Source: a bacterium
GTDB lineage: Bacteria > UBP6 > UBA1177
DNA: 64,000 nt
Reading direction: 5' to 3'
Assembly: GCA_017961325.1 (NCBI GenBank)
Contig: JAGCXM010000015.1
Location: 9,408-73,407, forward strand
Shown here: positions 9,962-20,519 of the stretch, one piece after another
Layout: the number at the start of each line of letters is the position of its first letter
Numbering within the stretch: position 1 is the first letter of the stretch
Program-made: the position numbers and the translations under genes
The notes under the pieces: generated by a model
The model's database searches: none
Told to the model about the DNA's origin: nothing
The model's input: only the letters and a program-made list of their open reading frames with translations

Positions 9962-11239
9962 ATGCGGGTTCTGGTTATAGCTCACAATGTTATAAGTGAA
10001 ACGAACAATATGGGAAAGACGCTGCTCTCTTACTTCAAGGATTTCGCTCCTGAAGAAATTGCCGAGTTTTATATTCAGGACAAAGACCCGAACAATGCTG
10101 AAGTTGCGAACAATTATTACCGTTTTACGGATAAAGATGCCCTTAAATCGGTTTTCGGCATCAGGACGAAGCATGTTTTCAAAATATCTGAGACCGGGAA
10201 AGAGACGACAAAGCCGAATAACAAAGGAGCTGCAGAATCAATAAGACAATACGGCAGAAAAAGAAATGCTTTCGTTTACATTGCGCGAAACGCCGTATGG
10301 TCTCTTGCACACTGGAAAACCAAAGAATTTCTCGGCTGGCTTCATGATTTCAACCCCGATGTGATTTTTTTCATGGCAGGGGATTACAGCTTTATGTTTA
10401 AAATTGCCCGTGAAATCAAGGAAATGTTAAATAAACCGCTAGTCGTATGCTGTGTCGATGATTACTTCTTCTTTAACAGAAACGATAGAACATTTTTGGG
10501 CAGACTTCAGCATCGGGCTTATATGAAGAGCGTCCGAAAAACAATGGCGGAGGCAAGCTGCATCTTTACAATTTCCGACTTGATGGGTGAGGCATATCAC
10601 AAACTGTTCGACAAGCCCTGCCGCACGCTGCACACGAGTGCAAAAAAACGCGAATCCGGATGCGGAAGCACAGGAAGGATGCTGGCTTACTTCGGGAACC
10701 TCAGTTTCAAAAGATATGAGCAGCTTATAGAAATCGGCAAAACGGTAAAAAAATTAAAAATAAACGGCATTGACGGAGTTGATGTCTATTCCGCCGAAAA
10801 AAATCCGGAATATCTTCAAGGTTTGACCGAAGAAAACGGAATCCGTTTTCACGGCGAGATTCCGTCATCAGAAGTCGCCGAATGCATGGACAGGTGCATG
10901 GCGGTAATTCACACGGAATCTTTCAGACAAAGAACGCAGCAGATGGTCAGATATTCCGTATCAACAAAAATTGCCGATTCACTGCTCAACGGTCCGTGCC
11001 TGATTGCATATGGTCCGGAAGCGGTGGCATCCATAGACTATCTGAAAAAAAATAAAGCCGCGTATGTTATTACAAAAAAAGAGGATCTTGAAAATGGTCT
11101 GCTGGATATTCTTTCAAACGAAAAACTGAGAACCGGAATCATCCAAAACGCCCGTGAACTCGCAGCAAAAAACCATGATGAGGCGCTAAATCCGAAAAAG
11201 GTTCGGGAATGGCTGCAGACGGTGTCTGAAAACAATTGA
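9962..11239 (+). CDS. Putative GT4-like glycosyltransferase
   Basis: N-terminus MRVLVIAHNV. C-terminus NGPCLIAYGPEAV...AAYVITKKEDLENGL is a retaining-GT (GT-B)-like donor-binding region. Confidence 0.45.
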   Translation: MRVLVIAHNVISETNNMGKTLLSYFKDFAPEEIAEFYIQDKDPNNAEVANNYYRFTDKDALKSVFGIRTKHVFKISETGKETTKPNNKGAAESIRQYGRKRNAFVYIARNAVWSLAHWKTKEFLGWLHDFNPDVIFFMAGDYSFMFKIAREIKEMLNKPLVVCCVDDYFFFNRNDRTFLGRLQHRAYMKSVRKTMAEASCIFTISDLMGEAYHKLFDKPCRTLHTSAKKRESGCGSTGRMLAYFGNLSFKRYEQLIEIGKTVKKLKINGIDGVDVYSAEKNPEYLQGLTEENGIRFHGEIPSSEVAECMDRCMAVIHTESFRQRTQQMVRYSVSTKIADSLLNGPCLIAYGPEAVASIDYLKKNKAAYVITKKEDLENGLLDILSNEKLRTGIIQNARELAAKNHDEALNPKKVREWLQTVSENN

Positions 11240-11253
11240 CGGAGGAAATTTAA

Positions 11254-12249
11254 ATGTTTGATATTCCGATAGTTTTACTGATGTTCAAAAGAGACAAGAT
11301 TACGCAGATCATAGACAGAATCAGAGAAGTAAAACCTAAAAAAATATACCTTGTCTGTGACGGCGGCCGCAACGATGAGGAATGGGTGCTTGTCAGAAAG
11401 TGCAGAGAACTTGCTGAAAAATCCATAGACTGGAACTGCGAAGTCGTAAAAAATTATGCCGATGCCAACCGAGGAGTATATGCAAATATAGGAGAAGGGG
11501 CGAAGTGGGTTTTTTCGCGGGAAAAACGGGCGGTATTTCTTGAAGATGACAACTTGCCGGAGGTCACATTCTTCAGATTCTGCCAGGAAATGCTTGAAAG
11601 ATACGAGAATGACCGGCGGGTTCTCTGGATATGCGGAACAAATTATCTGGGAAAATACGAACCGTTTGACGGCGTCAGCTATTGTTTTACCAAGCATATG
11701 CTCCCCTGCGGCTGGGCTTCCTGGTCGGAAAAGTTCCTGCAGATGTATGACGGAAATCTGGACGGATGTGATAATCCGAGAATTATGAAGAATATCCCGA
11801 AACAGTATCTTAACGGGGCGCTGTACAGACAATGCAGGGCTGAATGGATGCGCGAATACCGAAGGCGGGTTGCCGGCAAACGTTTCGTTTCCTGGGATTT
11901 TCAAATGGATTTTTCAATTAAAGCGAACTCCGTTTACGGTATCTGCCCCACTTTGAATCAGATTAAAAACATCGGGGTGGACGAGGTTTCAATTCACGGA
12001 GGGAATTCAATTAACGCAATAATGACACGCCGTTTCTGCGGCATGGATTCATATCCGATAAAATTTCCCCTTGTTCACCCGGCGACTGTGCTGCCGGATG
12101 AGGATTTTGAATCAAAAATAGGAGCCGTTATCCTTCGTCCCCTGCCGTTACGAATAAGATCATGGATAAATCCTTTTGTACGCAAGCTGTTTTCAATACC
12201 TGAAGGAGTTAAAACGAAGGCTTATTTCAAACATTTTTTTCATAAATAA
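11254..12249 (+). CDS. Putative GT-A-fold glycosyltransferase (GnT-I-like)
   Basis: IPIVLLMFKRDKITQ...YLVCDGGRNDEE resembles the GT13/GnT-I-type N-terminal core. Sits in the glycan locus. Confidence 0.35.
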   Translation: MFDIPIVLLMFKRDKITQIIDRIREVKPKKIYLVCDGGRNDEEWVLVRKCRELAEKSIDWNCEVVKNYADANRGVYANIGEGAKWVFSREKRAVFLEDDNLPEVTFFRFCQEMLERYENDRRVLWICGTNYLGKYEPFDGVSYCFTKHMLPCGWASWSEKFLQMYDGNLDGCDNPRIMKNIPKQYLNGALYRQCRAEWMREYRRRVAGKRFVSWDFQMDFSIKANSVYGICPTLNQIKNIGVDEVSIHGGNSINAIMTRRFCGMDSYPIKFPLVHPATVLPDEDFESKIGAVILRPLPLRIRSWINPFVRKLFSIPEGVKTKAYFKHFFHK

Positions 12250-12253
12250 ATAA

Positions 12254-13477
12254 ATGCACACCAGAGATCTCAAATTTAAAGTCAATCCCCAAGAATTGCG
12301 CGACAAATTCAAATATATTGCGGTCATACTAATCACTTTAATCATCAGCGGAAGCGCAGTTGCAAATATATTTCCGATCATGATGCCGTGCAGAGCGATT
12401 TTGGCACTGCTCTTCATCATTCCTTTTTTTAATTCCTTGGCGCATAAATGGAGACGGATTTTCATATATTTTGCTTCATTCGGAACAATGTTTACCCTTT
12501 CGCTCATTATGAATCATGACAATTACAAATACATTTTAATGGTTTTGTTCAACATCTTCATCGGCTACGCTATGGCAACATCGTTGGACAACATAAAATT
12601 CATGAAAACATTTCTGAATATAATGACGCTTACGGCGGCAGTATCCATAGTCTGCTATTTTCTGCTGAACTTCACTTCCGTCAATCTCCCGTTTACCGTC
12701 CGCAGCAGTTTTAACGGGGTCAGATACGGAGTCGGATATATTTTCAACTATCTGATCTATAGCAAGTGGAGAAACTGCGGAATGTTCTGGGAACCGGGTT
12801 TAATGGCGACCTTTATGATTTTCAGCTTACTCATAGATTCAATTGTGTTTAAGTCCCCGAATAAATTACGTACGGCAATCTATTTCACAGCTGCAATTCT
12901 AACAAATTCATCTGCCGGCATTATTATTTTGCTGCTATGCGTCGCTTTTATTCTGTTCAGGAACTACGGAAAGGAAAAAGCATCAAAAACAGAAATTCTG
13001 CTCTTTCTATTCACAATTATTATCGTCATATTCGTTTTTTTAGAATATGACAACATTATAAACTTAATCATTGAATTCGGGAACAGCAAAATACAAAGTG
13101 TTGCAAAGAAACTGCTGTCAGATAATTTAAGTTCTTCCCAGAGAATGAACTCAATAATATTCTGGTGGAACAGATTCCTGAGCAGTCCTCTTTGGGGAAC
13201 AGGCATAGGTTCTGTAAATGAAAATTTTATCTGGGACACCGCCACATCCTTCATGTTCTTGGGATTATTCGGTTTATTGGGTGCCACTTACACCATTGCA
13301 TGGATAAGAGGAATAATGAAACTCAGATTAAATTTCTCTTCTAGAATCATCCTATGCGTTATAATTCTATTGATTTTAAACAAAGAACCTCATGCCGCTC
13401 TTATGTTCAGCTGGTTTCTCTTGTTTTCGCTGCTTTGTAACGGATTGGGTACTGTAAAAGACTCTGAAAAGGCTTGA
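12254..13477 (+). CDS. wzy: Wzy-like O-antigen/oligosaccharide polymerase (polytopic membrane protein)
   Basis: About 10-12 predicted transmembrane segments, very hydrophobic and with low sequence conservation, as expected for Wzy. Immediately upstream of wzx. Confidence 0.5.
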   Translation: MHTRDLKFKVNPQELRDKFKYIAVILITLIISGSAVANIFPIMMPCRAILALLFIIPFFNSLAHKWRRIFIYFASFGTMFTLSLIMNHDNYKYILMVLFNIFIGYAMATSLDNIKFMKTFLNIMTLTAAVSIVCYFLLNFTSVNLPFTVRSSFNGVRYGVGYIFNYLIYSKWRNCGMFWEPGLMATFMIFSLLIDSIVFKSPNKLRTAIYFTAAILTNSSAGIIILLLCVAFILFRNYGKEKASKTEILLFLFTIIIVIFVFLEYDNIINLIIEFGNSKIQSVAKKLLSDNLSSSQRMNSIIFWWNRFLSSPLWGTGIGSVNENFIWDTATSFMFLGLFGLLGATYTIAWIRGIMKLRLNFSSRIILCVIILLILNKEPHAALMFSWFLLFSLLCNGLGTVKDSEKA

Positions 13478-13484
13478 AAGAAGC

Positions 13485-14981
13485 ATGGGAATTTGTTTTA
13501 ACAAAGTAAAAGGCATAATAAACTCAATTCCGTTAGGAGTGCGGTCAGCTGTCGTCTATACTACGGCGACTGTCTTTTCACGCGGTCTGGCAATAATTAC
13601 AGTTCCTATCTTTACCCGTCTTATGTCAACGGAACAGATAGGTGTTGTAAATCTATACAACACCTGGCACGGACTTATCAGCGTTGTCGCCACTCTCTCT
13701 TTGACCTCCGGCGGATTTGCCGTTGCAATGAAAGAATATGAAAAAAGAAGATACGAATATATATCTTCAGTTCAGGCCCTTACATCCCTTGTAGCCGTTC
13801 TTATAGCCCTCATTTATATAACCGCCCCGTCTTTTTGGAACAATCTGCTTGGACTGCCTGCCGCCTTAATGATTATAATGATATCAGGCTTCCTGTTTGA
13901 ACCTGCACGCGATTTCTGGAGATCCATGCAGAGATATGAATACAAATACAAGCTGCCGGGCGCTGTCAGTATGCTGTCGGCGCTCTTCGCCTCTTCGTTT
14001 GCAGTTCTTGTTGTTATACAAATGAAAGAGAGCGGTGCGGAAAACCTCGCCGAAGGAAGACTTGTCTCAAGCCGCATCATAACGCTGAGTGTAGCTGCCG
14101 TCATATGGATTTATCACTTTCTAAAAGGAAAAACCTTTATCAATAAGGAGTTCTGGATATTTTCCCTTAAACTGAGCATTCCGCTTATCGGTTACCAGCT
14201 TGCCGCACAGATACTTAATGTATCAGACCGAATAATGATTGACAAAATGGTCGGTAAAAGCGCGGTCGGCATCTACGGAACATTATACTCTGTCAGCTCG
14301 ATTTCCCTTCTGGTCTGGAATGCCATCAACGCATCTTTTGTCCCGTATCTCTTCCAGAACATAGAAAAAAAGGAACATAAAATTAAAGAAATTTCCTTCG
14401 GTCTCCTGGAAGCTTACGCCGCAATCGCAGTCGTACTGACTTTCCTTGCTCCAGAGATAGTACAAGTTCTGGCAACGGAAGAATATTTCGAGGCGATTTA
14501 CATTATGCCGCCGATTTCAGTCGGGATTTTCTTCATTTCGGTAGCACACATCTATTCCAACATATTGGTCTATTACAAAAAAACCAAATACGTTATGTAC
14601 GGCTCTCTAATCGCCGCAGTTTTGAATATTGTCCTGAACATCATATTTATTCCGGTCTACGGATATATGGCGGCGGCCTATACGACATTGCTCGGCTATG
14701 TTGTAATGGCATCGGTTGAAGCCCTGTGGTCAATAAGAATCCATCGGAAGAAAACCGGGAACAACGACAGTATCTACGACGATCGCAAGATCATGATTTT
14801 GTCCGTTGTTACTGTCGTTCTCGCACTGACCGGTCTCTTCTGGTACCAGAACAATATTCTCAGATACACTGTTATCGCAATCAGTACGGCTGCTGCCGCA
14901 TTCTTCGTAAGAAAAATGCTGAAAAACAGAAAACTGTCAAAAACGAATCAACCGGTTTGCAGAAAAAACATAAATGGATGA
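13485..14981 (+). CDS. wzx: Wzx-type oligosaccharide flippase (Polysacc_synt/MOP superfamily)
   Basis: About 12-14 TM helices. N-terminal region [25 protein letters not shown] is typical of PF01943 flippases. Confidence 0.65.
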   Translation: MGICFNKVKGIINSIPLGVRSAVVYTTATVFSRGLAIITVPIFTRLMSTEQIGVVNLYNTWHGLISVVATLSLTSGGFAVAMKEYEKRRYEYISSVQALTSLVAVLIALIYITAPSFWNNLLGLPAALMIIMISGFLFEPARDFWRSMQRYEYKYKLPGAVSMLSALFASSFAVLVVIQMKESGAENLAEGRLVSSRIITLSVAAVIWIYHFLKGKTFINKEFWIFSLKLSIPLIGYQLAAQILNVSDRIMIDKMVGKSAVGIYGTLYSVSSISLLVWNAINASFVPYLFQNIEKKEHKIKEISFGLLEAYAAIAVVLTFLAPEIVQVLATEEYFEAIYIMPPISVGIFFISVAHIYSNILVYYKKTKYVMYGSLIAAVLNIVLNIIFIPVYGYMAAAYTTLLGYVVMASVEALWSIRIHRKKTGNNDSIYDDRKIMILSVVTVVLALTGLFWYQNNILRYTVIAISTAAAAFFVRKMLKNRKLSKTNQPVCRKNING

Positions 14982-14989
14982 GGAATCAG

Positions 14990-16234
14990 ATGCAAGACTT
15001 CAAAGATTTGAAAATAGCCGTCGCCGGCACAGGTTATGTAGGCCTGTCGCTAGCCGTTCTGCTATCGCAGCATCACGATGTAACGGCCGTCGACATCGTG
15101 CCTGAAAAAGTGGCCATGCTCAATGCAAAAAAGTCACCGATTCAGGACGAATATATCGAAAATTACATCGCGGAAAAAAAACTCAGGCTGACGGCTACGA
15201 CTGACTGCGGAAAGGCTTACACCGATGCCGATTTCGTTATAATAGCGGCACCAACGAACTACGATCCGCAGAAGAATTTCTTTGATACGAGTGCCGTCGA
15301 ATCGGTAATTGATTCGGTGATGAAGGTCAATCCGAATGCGGTCATGGTGATAAAATCGACCGTTCCCGTAGGTTTTACGAGGCATATCCGAGAAAAAAAG
15401 GGAAACTGGAACATCATTTTCAGTCCCGAATTTCTGCGCGAATCAAAGGCGCTCTTCGACAACCTCTACCCTAGCCGGATCATCGTCGGCTGCGACGGCG
15501 GAACGCGCGAAGTTGCCGGAATTTTTGCGAAACTGCTTCAGGAAGGGGCACTGAAAGATGAGATTCCGACACTTTTCATGGATTTCACCGAGGCCGAAGC
15601 GGTAAAACTTTTTGCAAACACCTACCTCGCACTGCGCGTAAGCTACTTCAACGAACTCGACACATACGCGGAAATGAAAGGACTTGACACATCGAACATA
15701 ATAAAAGGGGTCTGTCTTGATCCGCGTATAGGCGATCATTACAACAATCCGTCGTTCGGTTACGGCGGATACTGCCTTCCGAAGGACACGAAACAGCTTC
15801 TGGCGAACTATGCCGACGTGCCTGAAAACCTGATTCAGGCGATAGTCGAAAGCAACCGCACGAGAAAGGATTTCATCGCCGACCGCATTCTCGAACGCGC
15901 CGGATACTACACCGGCAGCAGCGACTGGAATGCCAAAAGGGAAAAATCGGTCACCGTCGGAGTCTACCGTCTCACGATGAAAAGCAACAGCGACAACTTC
16001 AGGGCATCGGCGATTCAGGGAATCATGAAGCGCATCAAGGCAAAGGGTGTGCCAGTGATAATTTACGAACCCAATCTTGCAGACGGCACGACTTTCTTCA
16101 ATTCGCTTATCGTAAACGACATTGAAAAATTCAAGAAAATGAGCGACGTGATAATCGCAAACCGGTTTGACGCCGATGTTCTCGGTGATGTCAAAGAAAA
16201 GGTCTACACGCGCGATTTCTTCAAGCGGGATTGA
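14990..16234 (+). CDS. ugd: UDP-glucose 6-dehydrogenase
   Basis: [21 protein letters not shown]-binding motif and [11 protein letters not shown] catalytic-Cys motif. Start set at the ATG with the GAGGAA RBS (an alternative ATG at 14978 overlaps the wzx stop). The ORF-track start at 14726 is an out-of-frame read-through across wzx and is not real. Confidence 0.85.
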   Translation: MQDFKDLKIAVAGTGYVGLSLAVLLSQHHDVTAVDIVPEKVAMLNAKKSPIQDEYIENYIAEKKLRLTATTDCGKAYTDADFVIIAAPTNYDPQKNFFDTSAVESVIDSVMKVNPNAVMVIKSTVPVGFTRHIREKKGNWNIIFSPEFLRESKALFDNLYPSRIIVGCDGGTREVAGIFAKLLQEGALKDEIPTLFMDFTEAEAVKLFANTYLALRVSYFNELDTYAEMKGLDTSNIIKGVCLDPRIGDHYNNPSFGYGGYCLPKDTKQLLANYADVPENLIQAIVESNRTRKDFIADRILERAGYYTGSSDWNAKREKSVTVGVYRLTMKSNSDNFRASAIQGIMKRIKAKGVPVIIYEPNLADGTTFFNSLIVNDIEKFKKMSDVIIANRFDADVLGDVKEKVYTRDFFKRD

Positions 16235-16321
16235 TTTTTTTCGCATTTTCATAAATTTTGAGTATAATATTATGCTTTTTGTTTTGTTGCTAACCTTTGA
16301 CAAGATGATTTTCGGACTGTA

Positions 16322-17305
16322 ATGCAGATTACCTCGGCACAAAAAAGGCGCGTGGCGATATTTTTTCTTTTCGGAATTGCAACAATTCTGCTGTTGACGG
16401 CACTTCTGATAGGAAACCGTCTGCTCAAACGCGAAGACTGTTATTTCACCCGTTTTGAAAACATTTCGGTTGCAGGACTTTCGGAAGGTTCTTCCGTGAA
16501 ATTTCAGGGAATGAACATCGGCACCGTTTCGGAAATTTCGGTCGACAGGGAAAACACCGCCGTCGTCCAGGTCGGATTCTGTCTCAAGCCCGGCGTTCCG
16601 ATCAAGGAAGGGACAAAAAGCCAGCTCGGAACAATCGGCATCACCGGACTCAAATTCCTTGAACTCAAAGGCGGCGGACAGGGAAAGAACATTCCGGTAG
16701 GAGGCGAAATTCCATCCGAAAAAAGCGGCTGGGACGAAATCACCGGCAAGGCTTCGGTAATAGCCGAAAAGCTGGAATCAATCCTCAACCAGTTTAACGA
16801 TGCGCTAAAAGGGGTCAACAAGGACGATGTCGAAAAAATCGTCAAAAACGTCAACGGCATATCGGCGTCGCTGGATGAAATTTTAGTTAAAAACAAGGAT
16901 GAGATATCCGGCGTAGTCAAAGAAACGCGGGTTTTCATAAAGGAACTCAACGGAAATATGGACAACGTCAAAGCCATAACGACGAACATCCGCGAAATCA
17001 CTTCAAAAGACAGTTCTCTCGCAAAAACTCTGGCGATGCTGGAAGAAACCGTTGAAAACTTCAGAACAGACTACAAGCAAGCCAATATTCAGGAAAAAGT
17101 CGATAAAATGTTCGGGCTTGTCGAATCGACACAGAAAACCGTCGACACCCTTCAGCTAACTTTTGAAAGAAGCACCGAAAAAATCGACAAATCTCTGGAT
17201 GATCTTTCCGACGCGATGAGCAATTTCAGCGAATTTACGAGAATTATCATGGAAAATCCGTCGACTCTTTTCGGCTCTTCTCCGACAAGCGAGGATAAAA
17301 AATGA
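16322..17305 (+). CDS. MCE-domain (MlaD/PqiB-like) protein with a long C-terminal coiled-coil
   Basis: N-terminal TM, then the MCE domain (YFTRFENISVAGLSEGSSVKFQGMNIGTVSEI). The C-terminal half is K/E-rich helical. Confidence 0.7.
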   Translation: MQITSAQKRRVAIFFLFGIATILLLTALLIGNRLLKREDCYFTRFENISVAGLSEGSSVKFQGMNIGTVSEISVDRENTAVVQVGFCLKPGVPIKEGTKSQLGTIGITGLKFLELKGGGQGKNIPVGGEIPSEKSGWDEITGKASVIAEKLESILNQFNDALKGVNKDDVEKIVKNVNGISASLDEILVKNKDEISGVVKETRVFIKELNGNMDNVKAITTNIREITSKDSSLAKTLAMLEETVENFRTDYKQANIQEKVDKMFGLVESTQKTVDTLQLTFERSTEKIDKSLDDLSDAMSNFSEFTRIIMENPSTLFGSSPTSEDKK

Positions 17306-17928
17306 AGAAAATTACACTTCTGGCGCTTCTTCTCGTTTCAATTTTCATCTCATCATGTTCTCTCTTTTCATCATCCAAACAGCAGCAGAAGCACTACTAC
17401 CAAATTTACTACAATCCGCAGGACAACACGAAACAGCCGATTGAAGCGACTCTAAGAATAAAAAATTTCGATGCCGACAAAATCTACAAAAGATACAACA
17501 TGGTATACAGGTCTTCCTTTGAAGAGATGTTTTACTACAACACCCACTTCTGGGCGACAAAACCCTCCGACATGATTACCGATCTTGTCGCAAACCACTT
17601 CCAGAAGCAGCATGTTTTTTCAGACATCACCGTTTCGATGGATAAAAAACCTAACTATGTCGTAAGCGGCAGAATCATGGCTCTGGATGAAATCGTCGAG
17701 GGGGAAAAAAGCTACGCCCGCGTCTCGCTGCTTTTTGAACTCAAAGACTACAAAACCGACAAGACAATCATAACCCACACTTTTGAAAAACGGCTTGAGG
17801 CGGAAGAACAGAAACCTCTTTACATCGTCCGTGCAATGGGAGAAATCATAAATTCCGAAATAGACGTTTTCATCGCAAAAATCTATAAAATTCTCGATCC
17901 CGAACAACAACGGAAGGAAGACGAGTAA
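17302..17928 (+). CDS. PqiC/YmbA-like lipoprotein (auxiliary component of an MCE transporter)
   Basis: Lipoprotein signal (LLVSIFISSC). About 200 aa. Directly follows the MCE gene with an ATGA overlap. Confidence 0.5.
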   Translation: MKKITLLALLLVSIFISSCSLFSSSKQQQKHYYQIYYNPQDNTKQPIEATLRIKNFDADKIYKRYNMVYRSSFEEMFYYNTHFWATKPSDMITDLVANHFQKQHVFSDITVSMDKKPNYVVSGRIMALDEIVEGEKSYARVSLLFELKDYKTDKTIITHTFEKRLEAEEQKPLYIVRAMGEIINSEIDVFIAKIYKILDPEQQRKEDE

Positions 17929-17977
17929 TTTGAGATCTTTTCTTAAAAACCGAACCTGTTTTCTGCAATAAAAAGAA

Positions 17978-20434
17978 ATGAACGGTAAAAACAGAATGGA
18001 GTTCGTTTTTCTGGCACTTTCGTCCGGAGTTTTTTTTGTTTTGCCGCCGTTTCTTCTGGGCGGAGTCTACTCACACACCGGCACCAATCTGGCAATTATG
18101 TTCGTCTGCGCACTTTCGACGTTCTGCTACTCTGTTTATCTGATTGCCGCAAAAAAATCCTTTGCCGTTTCATCAGCCGTCATCCCGCTAGCCGCGATAA
18201 TCCTTTTCGCTCTTCTGCAGCTTATACCCCTGCCCTCATTCATGCTTAAAATCCTATCACCGCAGGGTTATTTCTTCCACGCTCTGGAAGGAAGCGGAGC
18301 AAGACCGCTCACGATGTCGGTTCCCGATACGCTTTACTCCGTTTTCAGAATTATCACACTGATTTTCCTCGCATGCATTCTTTCGAGCAACATTTTTTCA
18401 GACGACAAAAAATGGAAACAAAATGCGATAGATACGGTAATTTTAGTTTCGACAGCGGTCTTTTTTGTCTCTGTCGCAATGCGCTTTATGCATACGGACA
18501 GCTGGCTTTACGGAAAACTGCGTCACGGCGGATTTTTAATGGATTCCATACTGATAAACACAAATCATGCTGCCGGATACTTCGGGATTTCGGGACTTCT
18601 TGCACTCATTTCTGCCTATACGGCAAACCTTCAGCGGAAAAAAACTCTTTACGCCGCCCTGTTTTTTCTTCATTCGGTGGCTGTGGCGGCAACTCTTTCG
18701 CGGGCCGGAATAGCGGCATATGTTGCAGCCCTGATTTTGTTTTTTATAACTAACGGAAATTACTTAAAAAAGCGCGAAGGACACAGATTTTATCTGCCTC
18801 TAGCCGCGATTATCCTTACGCTTATTCTGGTTTATCAGACAGGATTAAAACTGTTTGAAAACGAATTTGACATAAGCAGAGAGAGTTATTTCAGCAAACT
18901 CGACAACATCGCAAGGGCAAAAGAGTATTTCGGCGACTTTTTCTTAACCGGTTCCGGACTCGGAAGTTTCCCGAAAGTGTTTTCATACTACAATCCGAAC
19001 CCGGAAATTCTTGCGACACAGCTTGAAAACGAACCTGTTCAGTTCATTCTTGAAACCGGACTTTTCTTCGCGCTCACCGTTTTTTCAGGTTTTATAGCAC
19101 TGATTTTTTCCGGACAGCGCGGAACAAAGCGCAAAAGCGGGCTTGCTACGGTTCTGTTTTTTGTCGTTCTGCACAACACGCTTGACTTCAATCTGCATAA
19201 TTTCGCGACACTTTTCCCCGTCGTTCTGGTGCTGGTCATCCTCGTAAAACCGATTGAACTCAGCGGGAACAGACGAACAGCCGTACTCTTATCGATAGCG
19301 CTGCTTTCTCTTGTCACAATGCTGTTTACAGCAGTTCCGGGCGGCAGGAAACTGCTCGGATATTCGCCTGAAGAGCCCTATCCTTATGAAAAAGCGGTGT
19401 TTTTCTATCCCGCTGACTATACGATACCGATGAAAACCGCGATAGAAAAGGTCAATTCGACCGATGGTGAAGTTTTTGCATCAGCCGGACGGGAAATTTC
19501 AGTGACTATTTCAAAATCTCCGAAATATTACTACGGATACTATCTGAACGGCGTATACCTGCTTCATTTGGGAGCGGCTGAAGCCGCCTTGAATTTCTTC
19601 AAACAGGCTCTGACGCTTTGTCCGCAAAAAAAATATCCTAAATTTTTGAATAAAATTTACGACAGACTGCGCCTGTACGGCCTTCAAGGCAGAATTACCG
19701 AAATACTTTCGCCTGATGAAAAGCGTAAAGCCGAACTCGAAAAGTTCATTTTCAAAATCTCGCCTGACAATCCCGCCGTACTCGATTTCGCGGTAAGGCA
19801 TCAGGATATTTTCTTTATTTCGGTCATAAAAAACATGCTCGCAGAAAAGCAATACGACGAAGCCCTGAACGTAATTGATAAAATCAGCGCTGAAAACAAG
19901 AATCTCAGCAATTTCGAACGCGGCAAGCTGCTTGTCTACCGCGGAAAAATAGCAGAACACAACAAACTTTATCAGGATGCGTTTCAGTTTTACATGCGAG
20001 GAGCCGGTCTGACGCAGAATTTTGACGATTATCTGACGGCGGCCTACTGTTCGCTGAAACTCGATCCGGAAGCACAGAATTCTGCTGACACCATTCTGAA
20101 AAACACAGCGTTGAAAACTTCAGGAAATTTGGGAAAGTACTACCGCTGGCTGTCACGCCGCGAATTCAACGCAAAAAATAGCGCGCTCGGCTTCAAATAT
20201 CTGGAAAGGGCTGCCGAAGTGGCAAAAAATCCCTACTGGCAGCTTGAAGTTGCAAACACTTATGCAAAACGGGGAATGCACTACCCCGCATCGCAGATAT
20301 TCCTTAAAATTATCAGGGAATATCCGAAATTCCGACCGGAAGAAATGAAAAAACGATACGAAGCGGAAAAACTCAAAACTGAAAAAGACGAAGAAAAAAA
20401 TTTTAAAGAGTTGATGCTCCGCAAAAAAAAATAG
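17978..20434 (+). CDS. O-antigen ligase (Wzy_C)-domain membrane protein fused to a C-terminal TPR-repeat domain
   Basis: N-terminal half is polytopic with a periplasmic loop typical of O-antigen ligase/WaaL-like proteins. C-terminal 350 aa are TPR-like helical repeats (YYLNGVYLLHLGAAEAALNFFKQAL...). Confidence 0.55.
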   Translation: MNGKNRMEFVFLALSSGVFFVLPPFLLGGVYSHTGTNLAIMFVCALSTFCYSVYLIAAKKSFAVSSAVIPLAAIILFALLQLIPLPSFMLKILSPQGYFFHALEGSGARPLTMSVPDTLYSVFRIITLIFLACILSSNIFSDDKKWKQNAIDTVILVSTAVFFVSVAMRFMHTDSWLYGKLRHGGFLMDSILINTNHAAGYFGISGLLALISAYTANLQRKKTLYAALFFLHSVAVAATLSRAGIAAYVAALILFFITNGNYLKKREGHRFYLPLAAIILTLILVYQTGLKLFENEFDISRESYFSKLDNIARAKEYFGDFFLTGSGLGSFPKVFSYYNPNPEILATQLENEPVQFILETGLFFALTVFSGFIALIFSGQRGTKRKSGLATVLFFVVLHNTLDFNLHNFATLFPVVLVLVILVKPIELSGNRRTAVLLSIALLSLVTMLFTAVPGGRKLLGYSPEEPYPYEKAVFFYPADYTIPMKTAIEKVNSTDGEVFASAGREISVTISKSPKYYYGYYLNGVYLLHLGAAEAALNFFKQALTLCPQKKYPKFLNKIYDRLRLYGLQGRITEILSPDEKRKAELEKFIFKISPDNPAVLDFAVRHQDIFFISVIKNMLAEKQYDEALNVIDKISAENKNLSNFERGKLLVYRGKIAEHNKLYQDAFQFYMRGAGLTQNFDDYLTAAYCSLKLDPEAQNSADTILKNTALKTSGNLGKYYRWLSRREFNAKNSALGFKYLERAAEVAKNPYWQLEVANTYAKRGMHYPASQIFLKIIREYPKFRPEEMKKRYEAEKLKTEKDEEKNFKELMLRKKK

Positions 20435-20519
20435 TGACCAAAAGAGCAAAAAACTCTTGCAGAAAAGGCAAAAATTAGTATTTTTTCAACGGTTGTTTTG
20501 ATAATTTTCGGAGGAAAAA

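Noticed and set aside
14726-14989. N-terminal 85-88 aa of the 502-aa ORF-track entry, which would extend ugd upstream across the end of wzx
   Set aside because: This stretch lies in a different frame from wzx and has a Cys/Arg-rich junk composition. The conserved Ugd sequence starts at [18 protein letters not shown], which has its own RBS.
15443-16342. 299-aa ORF antisense to ugd
   Set aside because: It overlaps a highly conserved gene on the opposite strand and has no recognisable motifs.
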